From: Vicinamibacteria bacterium
GTDB taxonomy: Bacteria; Acidobacteriota; Vicinamibacteria; Marinacidobacterales; Marinacidobacteraceae
DNA: 64,000 nt
NCBI GenBank assembly: GCA_963668695.2
Contig: CAXXLQ010000004.1
Location: forward strand, 224,001-288,000
Direction of reading: 5' to 3'
Shown here: positions 19,978 through 29,566 of the stretch, piece after piece
How positions within the stretch are numbered: position 1 is the first letter of the stretch
How the letters are laid out: each line of letters opens with the position of its first letter
The notes under the pieces: generated by a model
Told to the model about the DNA's origin: nothing
The model's database searches: none
What the model saw: only the letters and a program-made list of their open reading frames with translations
Translations under genes and position numbers: made by a program

Positions 19978-21462
19978 GTGATCTACGTCGTCACGGTTCT
20001 CGGATACCTCGGCCTGCTGGTGTTCATCGCGCTCCGGCGGGCGCGGAGCGTCACCACCCAGGACGACTTCATGGTCGCCGGCCGTTCGGTCCCCTGGCAG
20101 ATCCTGGTCGGAACCCTGGTGTGCACCTGGATTGGCTCCGGGAGCCTCTTCGGCGGCGCCGGCCGGGCATTCCGCGAAGGGTTCTCGGCGCTCTGGATGA
20201 GCGCGGGAGCCTGGGTCGGAATCGTAGTGGTCTTCTTTCTCGCGGCCCGGGTTCGGCGCATCGCCGAATACACCGTTCCGGACCTGCTGGAGCGCCGTTA
20301 CCACCCCGCGGCGCGCCTCCTTGGAACCACCGCGATCGCGATCGCCTATCTCACGATCGCGGGATACCAATTCGTGGGTGGCGGACGGCTGCTCGCCATC
20401 CTCTTCCCCGAACTCGACCCGAAGGTGGGGATGGCCATCGTCGCGGTGCTGGTTACCCTGTTCGCGGTGAGCGCCGGGATGATCTCCGTGATCAGCCTCG
20501 ACATGGTGAACGGAATCATCATCATCGTCAGCATCGTCATCGCGGCGCCACTCGCCTTCGCCGGCGCCGGGGGCGTCGAGGGCCTCACCAGCGTCCTGCC
20601 GGAAACCCACTTCACCCTTACCGGCCGCCTCGGTCTTTCAGCGGCGATCGGCCTCTTCCTGCCCACCATGCTGCTCCTGCTGGGGGAGAGCGGCATGTAT
20701 CAGAAGTTCTACGCCGCCCGGTCCGGGTCCGCAGCCCGCAAGGCGGTGGTCGGGATGATCGTTGGCGTCATCGTTATCGAAGTGCTGATCGACGCCACCG
20801 CGGTCTTCGCGGCCGCCAGCTACTGGGACGATCCGGCCTTCCGGACCGCGGCGGGGTTCAACACCGGAGCCACCGAGACCGTGCTCCTCGAGTTCGCGCG
20901 CCAGAAGCTTCCGGTGTTCGCGGGGTGCCTCCTGCTCGCCGGCGCAGTGGCCATCATCTTTTCCACGGCGACCACCTTCCTGCTCGTCCCGTCGACCGGG
21001 ATGGCCAGGGACATCTACCAACGCTTCCTGCGGCCGGATGCCGACTCCCGGGCCGTGATCCGGTTCCAGCGGTTCGCCATGGTGGGCCTATCGGCGCTCG
21101 CCCTTGTCATCACTACCCGTTTCGAGAGCATCCTGGACATGGCGCTCTACGCCTACACCATGGTGGGGGCTGCGGTGACCCCCGCGCTGCTCGCGGCATT
21201 CCTATGGCGCCGGGCGAGCCCGCTTGGCGGCGTTATTTCCATCTCCGCCGGGATGGTGACCACCCTCATCTTCGGGGTACTGAACTCCGCCGGAGTCGAA
21301 AGGGTGCTCTTCCTTCCCACCGACTATGACTACGTGATCTACCCCGCCGCGGCGGCCTCCATCTCGGGGTTGATCGTCGGCAGTCTGCTCACGGCGCCAG
21401 CGCGGCCTGAGCAGTTGGAGGGATTCTTCGTGGGAAGCGGGAGTTCCGATGCCGGAAGCTGA
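19978..21462 (+). CDS. Sodium:solute symporter family protein
   Basis: DFMVAGRS, TWIGSGS, YTVPDLLERRY, QKFYAA, RDIYQRF; about 13 TM segments. Confidence 0.9.
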   Translation: MIYVVTVLGYLGLLVFIALRRARSVTTQDDFMVAGRSVPWQILVGTLVCTWIGSGSLFGGAGRAFREGFSALWMSAGAWVGIVVVFFLAARVRRIAEYTVPDLLERRYHPAARLLGTTAIAIAYLTIAGYQFVGGGRLLAILFPELDPKVGMAIVAVLVTLFAVSAGMISVISLDMVNGIIIIVSIVIAAPLAFAGAGGVEGLTSVLPETHFTLTGRLGLSAAIGLFLPTMLLLLGESGMYQKFYAARSGSAARKAVVGMIVGVIVIEVLIDATAVFAAASYWDDPAFRTAAGFNTGATETVLLEFARQKLPVFAGCLLLAGAVAIIFSTATTFLLVPSTGMARDIYQRFLRPDADSRAVIRFQRFAMVGLSALALVITTRFESILDMALYAYTMVGAAVTPALLAAFLWRRASPLGGVISISAGMVTTLIFGVLNSAGVERVLFLPTDYDYVIYPAAAASISGLIVGSLLTAPARPEQLEGFFVGSGSSDAGS

Positions 21463-22231
21463 GGTCGCGGTCCTCCGCCGGGGACCCGCCGCCCGGGTGG
21501 AGATGCGCTGGCCCGAAAAGCGGAACGCCCTGTCCGTGGCCATGATGGACCGGCTGTCGGCGGCGCTTCGGGAGGCGGCCGGGGAAGAAGGCGCACGCGC
21601 CATCGTCCTGGCCGGCGCCGGTCCCGCTTTTTCCGCCGGCCACTACCTGCCGGAGATGGTGGGGGCAAGTCCCGAGGAACAGCGCCAGGTCTTTCTCGCG
21701 TGCTCGGCTCTCATGGAGACCATTCGCGTCCTGCCTTTGCCAGTGATCGCGGAGGTGCGCGGCATCGCAACCGCCGCCGGATGTCAACTGGTTGCGGCCT
21801 GCGATCTGGCGGTCGCCGCCGAGACCGCCCGCTTCGCTACCCCGGGGGTCCGCATCGGGCTCTTCTGCTCCACTCCGATGGTTCCAGTGAGCCGTGCCGT
21901 CGGCCGCAAGCGCGCCATGGAGATGTTGCTCACCGGGGATTTCGTGGACGCCCCGACGGCGCTGGACTGGGGGCTCGTGAACCGGGTGGTTCCGGAAGAC
22001 CGACTGGAAGCGGAGAGCCAGACGTTCGTGGAACGGATTGCCGAGGCAAGTCCCTTCGTGGTCGCCCTCGGGAAGCGCGCGTTCCACCGGCAGGCCGGCC
22101 TCAGCGTAGAAGACGCCTACGCCCAGATGTCCGAAGTCATGTGCGGTAACGCGGTCGAACCCGACGCCCAGGAAGGGATGCGCGCCTTCCTCGAGAAACG
22201 GCGGCCTCGCTGGACGCAAGGCGCGTCCTGA
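21449..22231 (+). CDS. Enoyl-CoA hydratase/isomerase family protein
   Basis: KRNALS, AFSAGH, ATAAGCQLVAACDL, GLFCSTPMV, EGMRAFLEKR. Confidence 0.92.
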   Translation: MPEAEVAVLRRGPAARVEMRWPEKRNALSVAMMDRLSAALREAAGEEGARAIVLAGAGPAFSAGHYLPEMVGASPEEQRQVFLACSALMETIRVLPLPVIAEVRGIATAAGCQLVAACDLAVAAETARFATPGVRIGLFCSTPMVPVSRAVGRKRAMEMLLTGDFVDAPTALDWGLVNRVVPEDRLEAESQTFVERIAEASPFVVALGKRAFHRQAGLSVEDAYAQMSEVMCGNAVEPDAQEGMRAFLEKRRPRWTQGAS

Positions 22232-22261
22232 ACTGACGGCCGGACGGGAATCCGGCCCGGA

Positions 22262-23089
22262 TTACCTGGCTCTCGGCCGCAACCGGTAAGCGGCGGCGCG
22301 GCCTTCCCGGTGGAAACGGACGACCTCGTAGTCGCTTTCGAACAGTGCGGTCAGAGCTTCACGGCTCTTCAGCCTCCAGTCCATGGCAAGGTCGATGTCC
22401 GCTCGCATGACCGCGTTGAAGTCGCTCGGGATGCCGAAGAGGACGTCGCTCCCCCTTGCCTTGTCCGGTGGCACTGCGAAGTCGGCCATTTCCGGCAGCC
22501 CACTCGCCCGGAACGCGATCCGGTTGGCCCACGGCAGGTCCGGGATTCCAGGCGTCGGGATCAGCTCTCCCCGGCGGGCTCGGGCCACCCGCTCGGAGTC
22601 GAGCTGCCAGTCTGGTTCCAGTCGATCGGTCGGAATCCCGCCATGGAGAGGGCTCTCGCTCTCCCCGTATACGTTCAGGCGGTACACCGAAGACACGCAC
22701 CCCAGGTGGTTGACATTCAGGTTCGCGTTCCGCGCCTGGAGCGGATCGAAGGTCCAGTTCATTCGGCGAATTCCCTGGGCGAGCACCCGGTCGGCCTGCG
22801 CCCACTTGAGCGCGAGCCCGATCCCGGCACCCTGGTACTCCGGCCGCACCGCGAGCATGTGGGAGTGATGGAACGGCTCCCCTACCCCGCACCCGGGAAA
22901 ACCGCACACGAACCCCGCCATCCGCTCTCCTACAAACGCTCCGGCGGTGACCGCGCCGTAGTGACCCATGACGGCGATGAGCCCCGCCGGAACGATGTCG
23001 AGGTCCACGAAGCCCCACACCTCTTTCTGGATCGCCTCGCACTCCTTCATATCGGCCATGCCGGCGAGGTCGCGGATCGCGAGGTTCAT
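22262..23089 (-). CDS. GNAT acyltransferase (type often linked to NSAR/OSBS)
   Basis: HSHMLAV, GIGLALK, WTFDPLQARNA.LN, PTDRL, WRL..R. Confidence 0.82.
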   Translation of the reverse strand: MNLAIRDLAGMADMKECEAIQKEVWGFVDLDIVPAGLIAVMGHYGAVTAGAFVGERMAGFVCGFPGCGVGEPFHHSHMLAVRPEYQGAGIGLALKWAQADRVLAQGIRRMNWTFDPLQARNANLNVNHLGCVSSVYRLNVYGESESPLHGGIPTDRLEPDWQLDSERVARARRGELIPTPGIPDLPWANRIAFRASGLPEMADFAVPPDKARGSDVLFGIPSDFNAVMRADIDLAMDWRLKSREALTALFESDYEVVRFHREGRAAAYRLRPRAR

Positions 23090-23214
23090 GGGGGCGTCGG
23101 GAAGAAGGGGCCGCAAGTGTAAGGAAGACGCGACCGGATCGCGCCATCCAACCAGAGGCGGGGGCGGCTGCTCCCGGAAGGCGACCCGGCGGTGCTCGCT
23201 AGAATCCGGGCTCG

Positions 23215-23745
23215 TTGACCGACCTCCTGCGAGGGTGCCGTCCCCAGCTGTTCGCCCTCTTCGCGGGGATTCTGATCGCCGACCGGATCACGAAAGTCCT
23301 CGCGGAGCACTCGCTCTCGATGGGAAACCCGGTGGAAGTGATCCCCGGGTTCTTCCAACTCACCCTGGTGCACAACACCGGAATGGCGTTCGGGCTGCTC
23401 GGCGGAGTTGCCTTTCCCGGGAAGGCGTGGCTGCTCACCGCAGTTTCAGCCGGACTGCTGATCGCGATCGTGTGGTTCGCGTGGCGCGCCGGGCCCCTTT
23501 CGATGATGACCGTGGTCGGGATCGCCGCGATGCTGTCGGGTGCCGTTGGCAACATCCTGGACCGGGTTCTCTATGGATACGTAGTGGACTTCCTCGACGT
23601 CTACATCGGCAGCGCCCATTGGCCCGCCTTCAACATCGCGGACGCCATGATCTGCACCGGGGTCGGCCTGCTCGTGCTGGAGAGCGTTCGAGATCTCCGC
23701 CGGAAATCCGCCGGTGCCGGTCAGGAAGACCTGAGCGGAACCTGA
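23215..23745 (+). CDS. lspA: Lipoprotein signal peptidase
   Basis: NTGMAFG, GAVGNILDR, VVDF, WPAFNIAD. Confidence 0.95.
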   Translation: MTDLLRGCRPQLFALFAGILIADRITKVLAEHSLSMGNPVEVIPGFFQLTLVHNTGMAFGLLGGVAFPGKAWLLTAVSAGLLIAIVWFAWRAGPLSMMTVVGIAAMLSGAVGNILDRVLYGYVVDFLDVYIGSAHWPAFNIADAMICTGVGLLVLESVRDLRRKSAGAGQEDLSGT

Positions 23746-23749
23746 ACAT

Positions 23750-24541
23750 ATGTTTCCGCGTCTCGCGGACTTCGGGTCCATCGAGCTCCTCGGGAGGACC
23801 TTCCACCCGATCCTCCACACCTACGGGATCCTCATGTTCGCCGGGTTTCTGCTCGGCCTCTACGTGGCGGCGAAACGCGCTCCGCGCTACGGCATTCAGC
23901 CGCAGAACATCTACGACCTCGGGCTTTATCTGGTGATCGGGGCGCTGGTCGGCGCCAAGGTGCTCCTGATCCTGCTGGATCCGGCGCGATTTCTGGCCAA
24001 TCCGTGGGGTTTCATCACCGCCGGGGGCGTCTTCTTCGGCGGCCTCCTGGGAGCGGTCGGGGCCACCATCTGGTTCTTCCGGAAGCGCGGGATCCCCGTC
24101 TGGCACGGCGGGGACCTCATGGCGCCCTCTGTCGCGCTCGGGCACGGAATCGGCCGGCTCGGGTGCTTCGCCGCGGGCTGCTGCTACGGGATCCCGGCGG
24201 ACGGCCTTGCGTCCGTCACCTTCACCGACGTGTACGCGAACTCGGTCACCGGGGTTCCTCTCCACACCCCGCTCCACCCGACCCAGCTCTATGAAGCGGG
24301 CATCGAGTTCGCACTCTTTTTCTTCCTGCTGTGGCTCGCGCCGCGCCGCCGGTTCGCGGGCCAGCTCTTCGTGACCTGGGCGCTCGTCTATCCGATCGCG
24401 CGCTTCATCGTCGAGTTCTACCGGGGCGACCCCCGCGGATTCGTCTTCGACGGGCTGCTCAGCACCTCGCAGTTCGTCGGGATCTGGATCGTCGCGGCGG
24501 CGGCGATCTCTCTCCTTGTCCTCCGAAGGCGTACCGCCTGA
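23750..24541 (+). CDS. lgt: Prolipoprotein diacylglyceryl transferase
   Basis: GRLGCF.AGCCYG, HPTQLYE, RFIVEFYRGD. Confidence 0.94.
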   Translation: MFPRLADFGSIELLGRTFHPILHTYGILMFAGFLLGLYVAAKRAPRYGIQPQNIYDLGLYLVIGALVGAKVLLILLDPARFLANPWGFITAGGVFFGGLLGAVGATIWFFRKRGIPVWHGGDLMAPSVALGHGIGRLGCFAAGCCYGIPADGLASVTFTDVYANSVTGVPLHTPLHPTQLYEAGIEFALFFFLLWLAPRRRFAGQLFVTWALVYPIARFIVEFYRGDPRGFVFDGLLSTSQFVGIWIVAAAAISLLVLRRRTA

Positions 24542-25553
24542 GTCGCCGGAATCCGCCGGCGAGACGACTCTCGAATTCGAGGTCGGCGCAGCCGGTGATG
24601 GCCAGCGGCTCGACTTGATCGCCTCGGAGCGCCTCCCCGACATCAGCCGCAGCGAGGCGGCACGCTGGGTGGAGGCGGGATTTGTACGGCTCGACGGTCG
24701 GACCCGGCGTCCGGGTCACCGCTGCCGCGCAGGCCAGCGAGTGCACATCGCGGCGCCGGGCGACGGGCGCAGTCCGCTGTTCGGCGCACCGGGAGAGCAG
24801 GATCCGCTGTCACCAGAGCCCGTACCGCTCGAAATCCTCCATGAAGACCCCTGGCTGGTTGTCGTCGACAAACCGGCGGGACTCGTGGTGCATCCCGGGC
24901 CGGGCCACCATGGGGGCACGCTCGCCAACGGGCTGATCCACCACTACCCCGAGATCCGGAGGGTGGGCCCGCCCGGACGCCCGGGGCTCGTGCACCGGCT
25001 CGACCGCGGGACGAGCGGAGTCCTGATTGCCGCCCGCACCGAACCGGTTCGGCTCCGGCTCGCGGAGGCCTTCGCAGAGCGGCGGATAGAAAAGCAATAC
25101 CTGGCCTTGGTAATGGGTCGTTTCGGTGAACACCGACAGATCGCCGAGCCCATCGGACGCGACCCGAAGAACGGGCACCGCTACCGCTGCCGGGGAAGGC
25201 ACGCCCGGGAGGCCGAGACCGAAGCCTGGCCCCTGGAGGAGCTTCCACTCAGCACCTTCGTCGGTATTCGCCTGCACACCGGACGCACCCACCAGGCCCG
25301 CGTCCACCTGGCCCACGCCGGCTACCCCATCGCCGGCGACGTGATGTACGGGCCCGGGGCCCCCCGCCGCGGAGGCGGACAGGCGGGAGCCGCTCTTCGC
25401 CGCCTCGAGCGCCCCGCCCTCCACGCCGCCGAGATCGCCTTCACCCATCCTGGCACGGGGGAGCCGGTCCGGTTTCGGGCGCCGCTCGCGGGGGACTTCG
25501 AGATGACGCTGGCCGCACTCCGCGCAGCAACGGCGGGCGAGAGCGCGTCATAG
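24516..25553 (+). CDS. RluA/RluD-family pseudouridine synthase
   Basis: S4-like RLD...SRS, KPAGLVVHP, VHRLDRGTSG, TGRTHQ, GD..YG, LHA. Confidence 0.92.
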   Translation: MSSEGVPPESPESAGETTLEFEVGAAGDGQRLDLIASERLPDISRSEAARWVEAGFVRLDGRTRRPGHRCRAGQRVHIAAPGDGRSPLFGAPGEQDPLSPEPVPLEILHEDPWLVVVDKPAGLVVHPGPGHHGGTLANGLIHHYPEIRRVGPPGRPGLVHRLDRGTSGVLIAARTEPVRLRLAEAFAERRIEKQYLALVMGRFGEHRQIAEPIGRDPKNGHRYRCRGRHAREAETEAWPLEELPLSTFVGIRLHTGRTHQARVHLAHAGYPIAGDVMYGPGAPRRGGGQAGAALRRLERPALHAAEIAFTHPGTGEPVRFRAPLAGDFEMTLAALRAATAGESAS

Positions 25554-25621
25554 GACAAACCCCTCCTCCCTCCCCCATTCGCTCCATCCGTCGCATAGGA
25601 TTCGCGCGGTCAGCGGCAAGC

Positions 25622-26155
25622 ATGGACACGGTTCTCGGAAGCCAGGAATTCCGGGAGGCGCTTTCCCGGCTCGGGGATCTGGTGGCAGCCGGAGTTCCCG
25701 ACCCGCTTGCCATTCTCGGGGTCCGGCGGCGGGGCGTCCCGCTCGCAGCGCGGATTCGCCGCCACCTCGAGGAATCCGGGCGCAGGGACATCCCGGCGGG
25801 CGAGTTGGACATCAATCTCTACCGCGACGATGTCCACGACCGCGGCATCCCCCGGGTGGGCGAAACGCGCATTCCTTTTGCCCTTGAACAGCACCACATC
25901 CTGCTGGTGGACGACGTGCTGTTCACCGGACGGACGGTCCGGGCGGCGCTCACCGCCCTCAGCAATTTCGGCCGGCCAAAGAGCGTTCGGCTCGCCGTGA
26001 TGGTGGACCGGGGCGGCAGGGAACTGCCCATCGCACCCGATTTCGTGGGGCTGCACGTTGAAGCCGGTCGCGGCGACATGGTCCGCGTTCGGGTTCAGGA
26101 GGAGGACGGCGAAGACGGAGTCGTCAGGATCCCCCGGGGGGAGGTTGCCGAGTGA
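25622..26155 (+). CDS. pyrR: Pyrimidine regulatory protein / UPRTase PyrR
   Basis: LDINLYRDD, LVDDVLFTGRT, DRGGRELPI. Confidence 0.95.
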   Translation: MDTVLGSQEFREALSRLGDLVAAGVPDPLAILGVRRRGVPLAARIRRHLEESGRRDIPAGELDINLYRDDVHDRGIPRVGETRIPFALEQHHILLVDDVLFTGRTVRAALTALSNFGRPKSVRLAVMVDRGGRELPIAPDFVGLHVEAGRGDMVRVRVQEEDGEDGVVRIPRGEVAE

Positions 26156-27084
26156 GGCATCTCCTCGGAATCCGCGGACTCACCCCCGAAGAGGCGCTGG
26201 GCATTCTCGACGAGGCGCCTCGTTACCAGGACGTGGCCAACCAGCCGGTACCGCGCGTCCCGATCCTCATGGGCCGCACCGTCACGCACCTCTTCATGGA
26301 GCCTTCGACGCGCACCCAGGCGTCATTCCAGCTCGCCGCCAAACGGCTCTCGGCGGAACCCCTCGCTTTCGTCCCCAAGTCCTCCTCGTTGTCGAAGGGA
26401 GAAACCTTCCTCGACACCGCCCGAACTCTTGCCTCGATGGCGCCCGACATCATCGTGGTCCGGAGCCGGGAATCGGGAGCCCCTCACGTGCTGGCGCGCG
26501 AGATTCCAGCGGCGCAGATCGTCAACGCGGGGGACGGGATCAGCGAGCATCCCACGCAGGCCCTGCTGGACGCGTTCACCATTCGCGAACGCCTCGGACG
26601 AATCGCCGGCGTCCGGGTAACAATCATCGGCGACCTGCTGCACAGCCGGGTATTCCGATCGAACGCCCGCCTGCTGACGATGTTGGGGGCCGAGGTGCGG
26701 TGCTGCGGTCCGCCGACGCTCGTCCCTCCCGGCCTCGACCGGCTCGGGGTCCGGTCGCTGCTTCACATCGCGGAGGCCCTCGAAGGCGCCGAGGCGGTCA
26801 TGGTGCTCCGCATCCAGCACGAGCGAATGCACGCTTCCTACATCCCGACGGAACGCGAGTACTACCGGGAGTTCGGCCTCACCAGCGAACGACTCGCCCT
26901 GACCGATCGCGCCATCGTGCTGCACCCGGGGCCGCTTAACCGGGGCGTCGAAATCTCCTCCGAGGTCGCGGACGGCCCGCAATCGGTGATCTTGGACCAG
27001 GTGCGCAACGGGGTGGCGGTCCGGATGGCGGTGCTCGCGGAAATCGCCCGCAGCAGTCCCAGGAGCCAGAAGACCGATGGCTGA
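26152..27084 (+). CDS. pyrB: Aspartate carbamoyltransferase catalytic subunit
   Basis: EPSTRT, NAGDG..EHPTQALLD, GDLLHSRV, HPGP.NRG. Confidence 0.96.
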   Translation: MRHLLGIRGLTPEEALGILDEAPRYQDVANQPVPRVPILMGRTVTHLFMEPSTRTQASFQLAAKRLSAEPLAFVPKSSSLSKGETFLDTARTLASMAPDIIVVRSRESGAPHVLAREIPAAQIVNAGDGISEHPTQALLDAFTIRERLGRIAGVRVTIIGDLLHSRVFRSNARLLTMLGAEVRCCGPPTLVPPGLDRLGVRSLLHIAEALEGAEAVMVLRIQHERMHASYIPTEREYYREFGLTSERLALTDRAIVLHPGPLNRGVEISSEVADGPQSVILDQVRNGVAVRMAVLAEIARSSPRSQKTDG

Positions 27085-28372
27085 GCGTCCGGTGATCCTG
27101 CGAGGCGCCCGGGTTGTCGATCCGGTAGCCGGGCTTGACGCGGTCAGGGACCTGCGGCTTGTCGAGGGACGAATCGCCGCCGTCGGTGAGGGGATCCGCG
27201 AACCGGGGGACCGCGTCGTGGACGTGGCAGGACTGGTGGCAGCGCCCGGGTTTTGCGACATGCACGTCCACTTCCGGGAGCCGGGACTCGAATACAAGGA
27301 GACGGTAGCGAGCGGAGCGGCAGCCGCGGTCGCCGGTGGTTTCACGGCGGTGGCATGCATGGCGAACACCGACCCGGTGAACGACAGCCCTTCCGTTACC
27401 GCGCACATTCGCCAGCTCGCGAAACAGGCTGGCCTGGCCCGGGTCCATCCGATCGCCGCCACCACCCAGGGAATGAAGGGGGAACGGATTTCCGAGTTCG
27501 GCGCCCTCAAGGAGGCCGGCGCGGTGGCGGTCTCCGATGACGGCCTCCCGGTGGGCGATCCGGCGGTGATGCGGCGGGCCCTCGAGTACTCGAGGCTGCA
27601 CGACCTGCCGGTGATCGAACACTGCGAGACGCTGGAACTGACCGGTGAGGGCGCCATGCGCGAAGGCGCCTACGCCGCCCAGATCGGCCTTCCCGGGATC
27701 CCGGCGGCGTCGGAGTTCATCGCCGTCGAGCGGAACATCGCACTCGCGGAGATCACCGGCGCCCGTCTCCACATCGCTCACCTCTCGACCGCCCGCTCGG
27801 CCGCCGCGGTGCGCCGGGCCAAAGCCGCCGGAATCCGGGTCACCGCCGAGGTGACGCCGCACCACCTGATCCTGACGGACGAGGCGGTGGGCGACTACGA
27901 CACCGCGGCCAAGATGAAACCGCCGCTCGCCGCGGAGGCGGACCGCGAAGCGCTCCTGACCGCCGTCGCCGACGGCACGGCGGACGCCATCGCCACGGAC
28001 CACGCACCCCACCACGAGGACGAGAAGAAACTCTGTTTCCAGAGCGCCCCCTTCGGGATCGTCGGACTCGAGACGGCGGTGCCGCTGGTTCTCGAGCGCC
28101 TCGTGGCGTCGGGCGTCATTCCCCTCGCCCAGGCAATTCGACTCCTTTCGACCGGCCCGCGCCGGATTCTCGGTCTGCCCGGCGGCGATCTCCGACCCGG
28201 AAGCCCGGCAGACATCACGCTCCTCGATCTCGAGGCCACCAGCACCATTAGCCCGGCCTCTTTCCGGAGCCGCGGCAGAAGCACTCCGTTCGCGGGACTC
28301 TCCCTCCGGGGGCAGGTCGTTGCGACCTGGGTCGGCGGCCGGGAGGTTTATTCGCAAAGCGCCAACCGCTGA
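27077..28372 (+). CDS. pyrC: Dihydroorotase
   Basis: DMHVHFREPG, EVTPHH, ATDHAPH, S..TPF. Confidence 0.95.
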   Translation: MAERPVILRGARVVDPVAGLDAVRDLRLVEGRIAAVGEGIREPGDRVVDVAGLVAAPGFCDMHVHFREPGLEYKETVASGAAAAVAGGFTAVACMANTDPVNDSPSVTAHIRQLAKQAGLARVHPIAATTQGMKGERISEFGALKEAGAVAVSDDGLPVGDPAVMRRALEYSRLHDLPVIEHCETLELTGEGAMREGAYAAQIGLPGIPAASEFIAVERNIALAEITGARLHIAHLSTARSAAAVRRAKAAGIRVTAEVTPHHLILTDEAVGDYDTAAKMKPPLAAEADREALLTAVADGTADAIATDHAPHHEDEKKLCFQSAPFGIVGLETAVPLVLERLVASGVIPLAQAIRLLSTGPRRILGLPGGDLRPGSPADITLLDLEATSTISPASFRSRGRSTPFAGLSLRGQVVATWVGGREVYSQSANR

Positions 28373-28593
28373 TCGGCCGTGGCGAAACTCTGCTGGCGCC
28401 AGCCCGTGGCGCGGAGCGCCGCGTGGGAGGGGCGTGGGGAGGGGTCTCCCCTCCCCACGAAAAACGATGGTGCGGATCGCGGAGCGATTCGCGACATCAC
28501 CCGGTGGGCAAAGCGCCCCGCCTGGATAGAACCCGCCGGACGCAGCGCGCGGATCCCCTCGGGAACGGTGCGGGGCGCTTTTCCCGCAGGCTG
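28373..28593. mobile_element. Type B MITE-like element at the pyrC stop
   Basis: Homologous to 32042-32262 (GTGGGGAGGGG..TCCCCTCCCCAC hairpin); right end TTTTCCCGCAGGCTG; flanks CTGA/CTAA 225 bp apart. Confidence 0.8.
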
Positions 28594-28596
28594 CTA

Positions 28597-29493
28597 ATGC
28601 CGCCGCGCGGCTGGGAGGATGCCGTAGAGAGCGTCTTCTCGAGGCACGGCGCCGGCAGCCTCAGCTCCGATCCGCTCCAGTTTCCCCGCCGCTTCCAGCG
28701 GCGCGACGACCAGGAAATCGCGGCGCTGATCGCTGCTTCGCTGTCGTACGGAAATGCTCGGGCCGTGTGCTCTTCGCTGGAGCGCGTCTTCGCCTGGACC
28801 GGCCCGCATCCCGCCCGCTTCGTGCGTGAATTCGACGCGGGCCGCCGCGCCCCCGGCCTCGCCGGATTTAGGCACCGCTGGACGAGCGCAGGGGATCTCG
28901 TCCGCCTCGCGATCATGCTGCGGCGCATCCTCGAAGAGCACGGGAGCGTGGAGGCACTCTTCCGGAAGGGCGTCGTGCTCGAGGCCCGCGGACGGGTGGA
29001 CCTCGGCGTCAGCATCGGGAGGTTTCGGGAGGCCGCACTCATCTACGACGAGGTCCCCTCGGAGTTTCCTGAAAGTCGCACCCGGCCCGGCCCCCGATAC
29101 TTCTTCCCGGATCCGCGTACCTCTGCCGCCAAGCGGACGGCGATGTTCCTGCGGTGGGTGGTCCGTCCGGAGGACGGCCTCGACCTGGGGCTCTGGGACT
29201 GCCTCCAGCCACGGGATCTGGTGGCGCCGCTCGACACCCACATGTTCCTGATCGCCCACCGGCTTCGGCTGACACAAAGAAAAACCCCGGGCTGGCGGGC
29301 GGCGCTGGATCTGACCAGGGGTCTTCGCCGGTTGGACCCGGAGGATCCGGTGAAGTACGACTTCGCCCTCAGCCGGCTGGGAATCGTGGAGGGCTGCCCG
29401 CGGCACCGTCGCAGCGATCCGTGCGAGTTGTGCGCGCTACTGGCGCGCCGGCCGGCGAGAAAGCGATCTCGCGCCGGCGCCGCCAACCAATAG
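28597..29493 (+). CDS. TIGR02757 / DUF2400 family protein
   Basis: SDPLQF, D.EIAA, SAAKR..MFLRWVVR, DLGLW, PLDTH, DPVKYDFAL. Confidence 0.88.
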   Translation: MPPRGWEDAVESVFSRHGAGSLSSDPLQFPRRFQRRDDQEIAALIAASLSYGNARAVCSSLERVFAWTGPHPARFVREFDAGRRAPGLAGFRHRWTSAGDLVRLAIMLRRILEEHGSVEALFRKGVVLEARGRVDLGVSIGRFREAALIYDEVPSEFPESRTRPGPRYFFPDPRTSAAKRTAMFLRWVVRPEDGLDLGLWDCLQPRDLVAPLDTHMFLIAHRLRLTQRKTPGWRAALDLTRGLRRLDPEDPVKYDFALSRLGIVEGCPRHRRSDPCELCALLARRPARKRSRAGAANQ

Positions 29494-29504
29494 CCGCGCG
29501 CGTT

Positions 29505-29525
29505 TCGCCCCCCTTTCGGGGGCGA
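29505..29525. terminator. Hairpin between convergent genes
   Basis: TCGCCCCC-loop-GGGGGCGA between the TIGR02757 and TolC stops. Confidence 0.55.
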
Positions 29526-29566
29526 TGCCGGTCCCCTCGGGATGGGCGGACCGGATCTCCCTGCCC

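Noticed and set aside
19560-21329. Long alternative-frame and antisense ORFs (also 32603-34432, 35381-37240, 54278-55870)
   Set aside because: Arg/Pro/Gly-rich shadow ORFs expected in high-GC DNA, overlapping well-supported genes
25554-25621. PyrR attenuator leader
   Set aside because: No PyrR-binding loop motif or terminator/antiterminator visible
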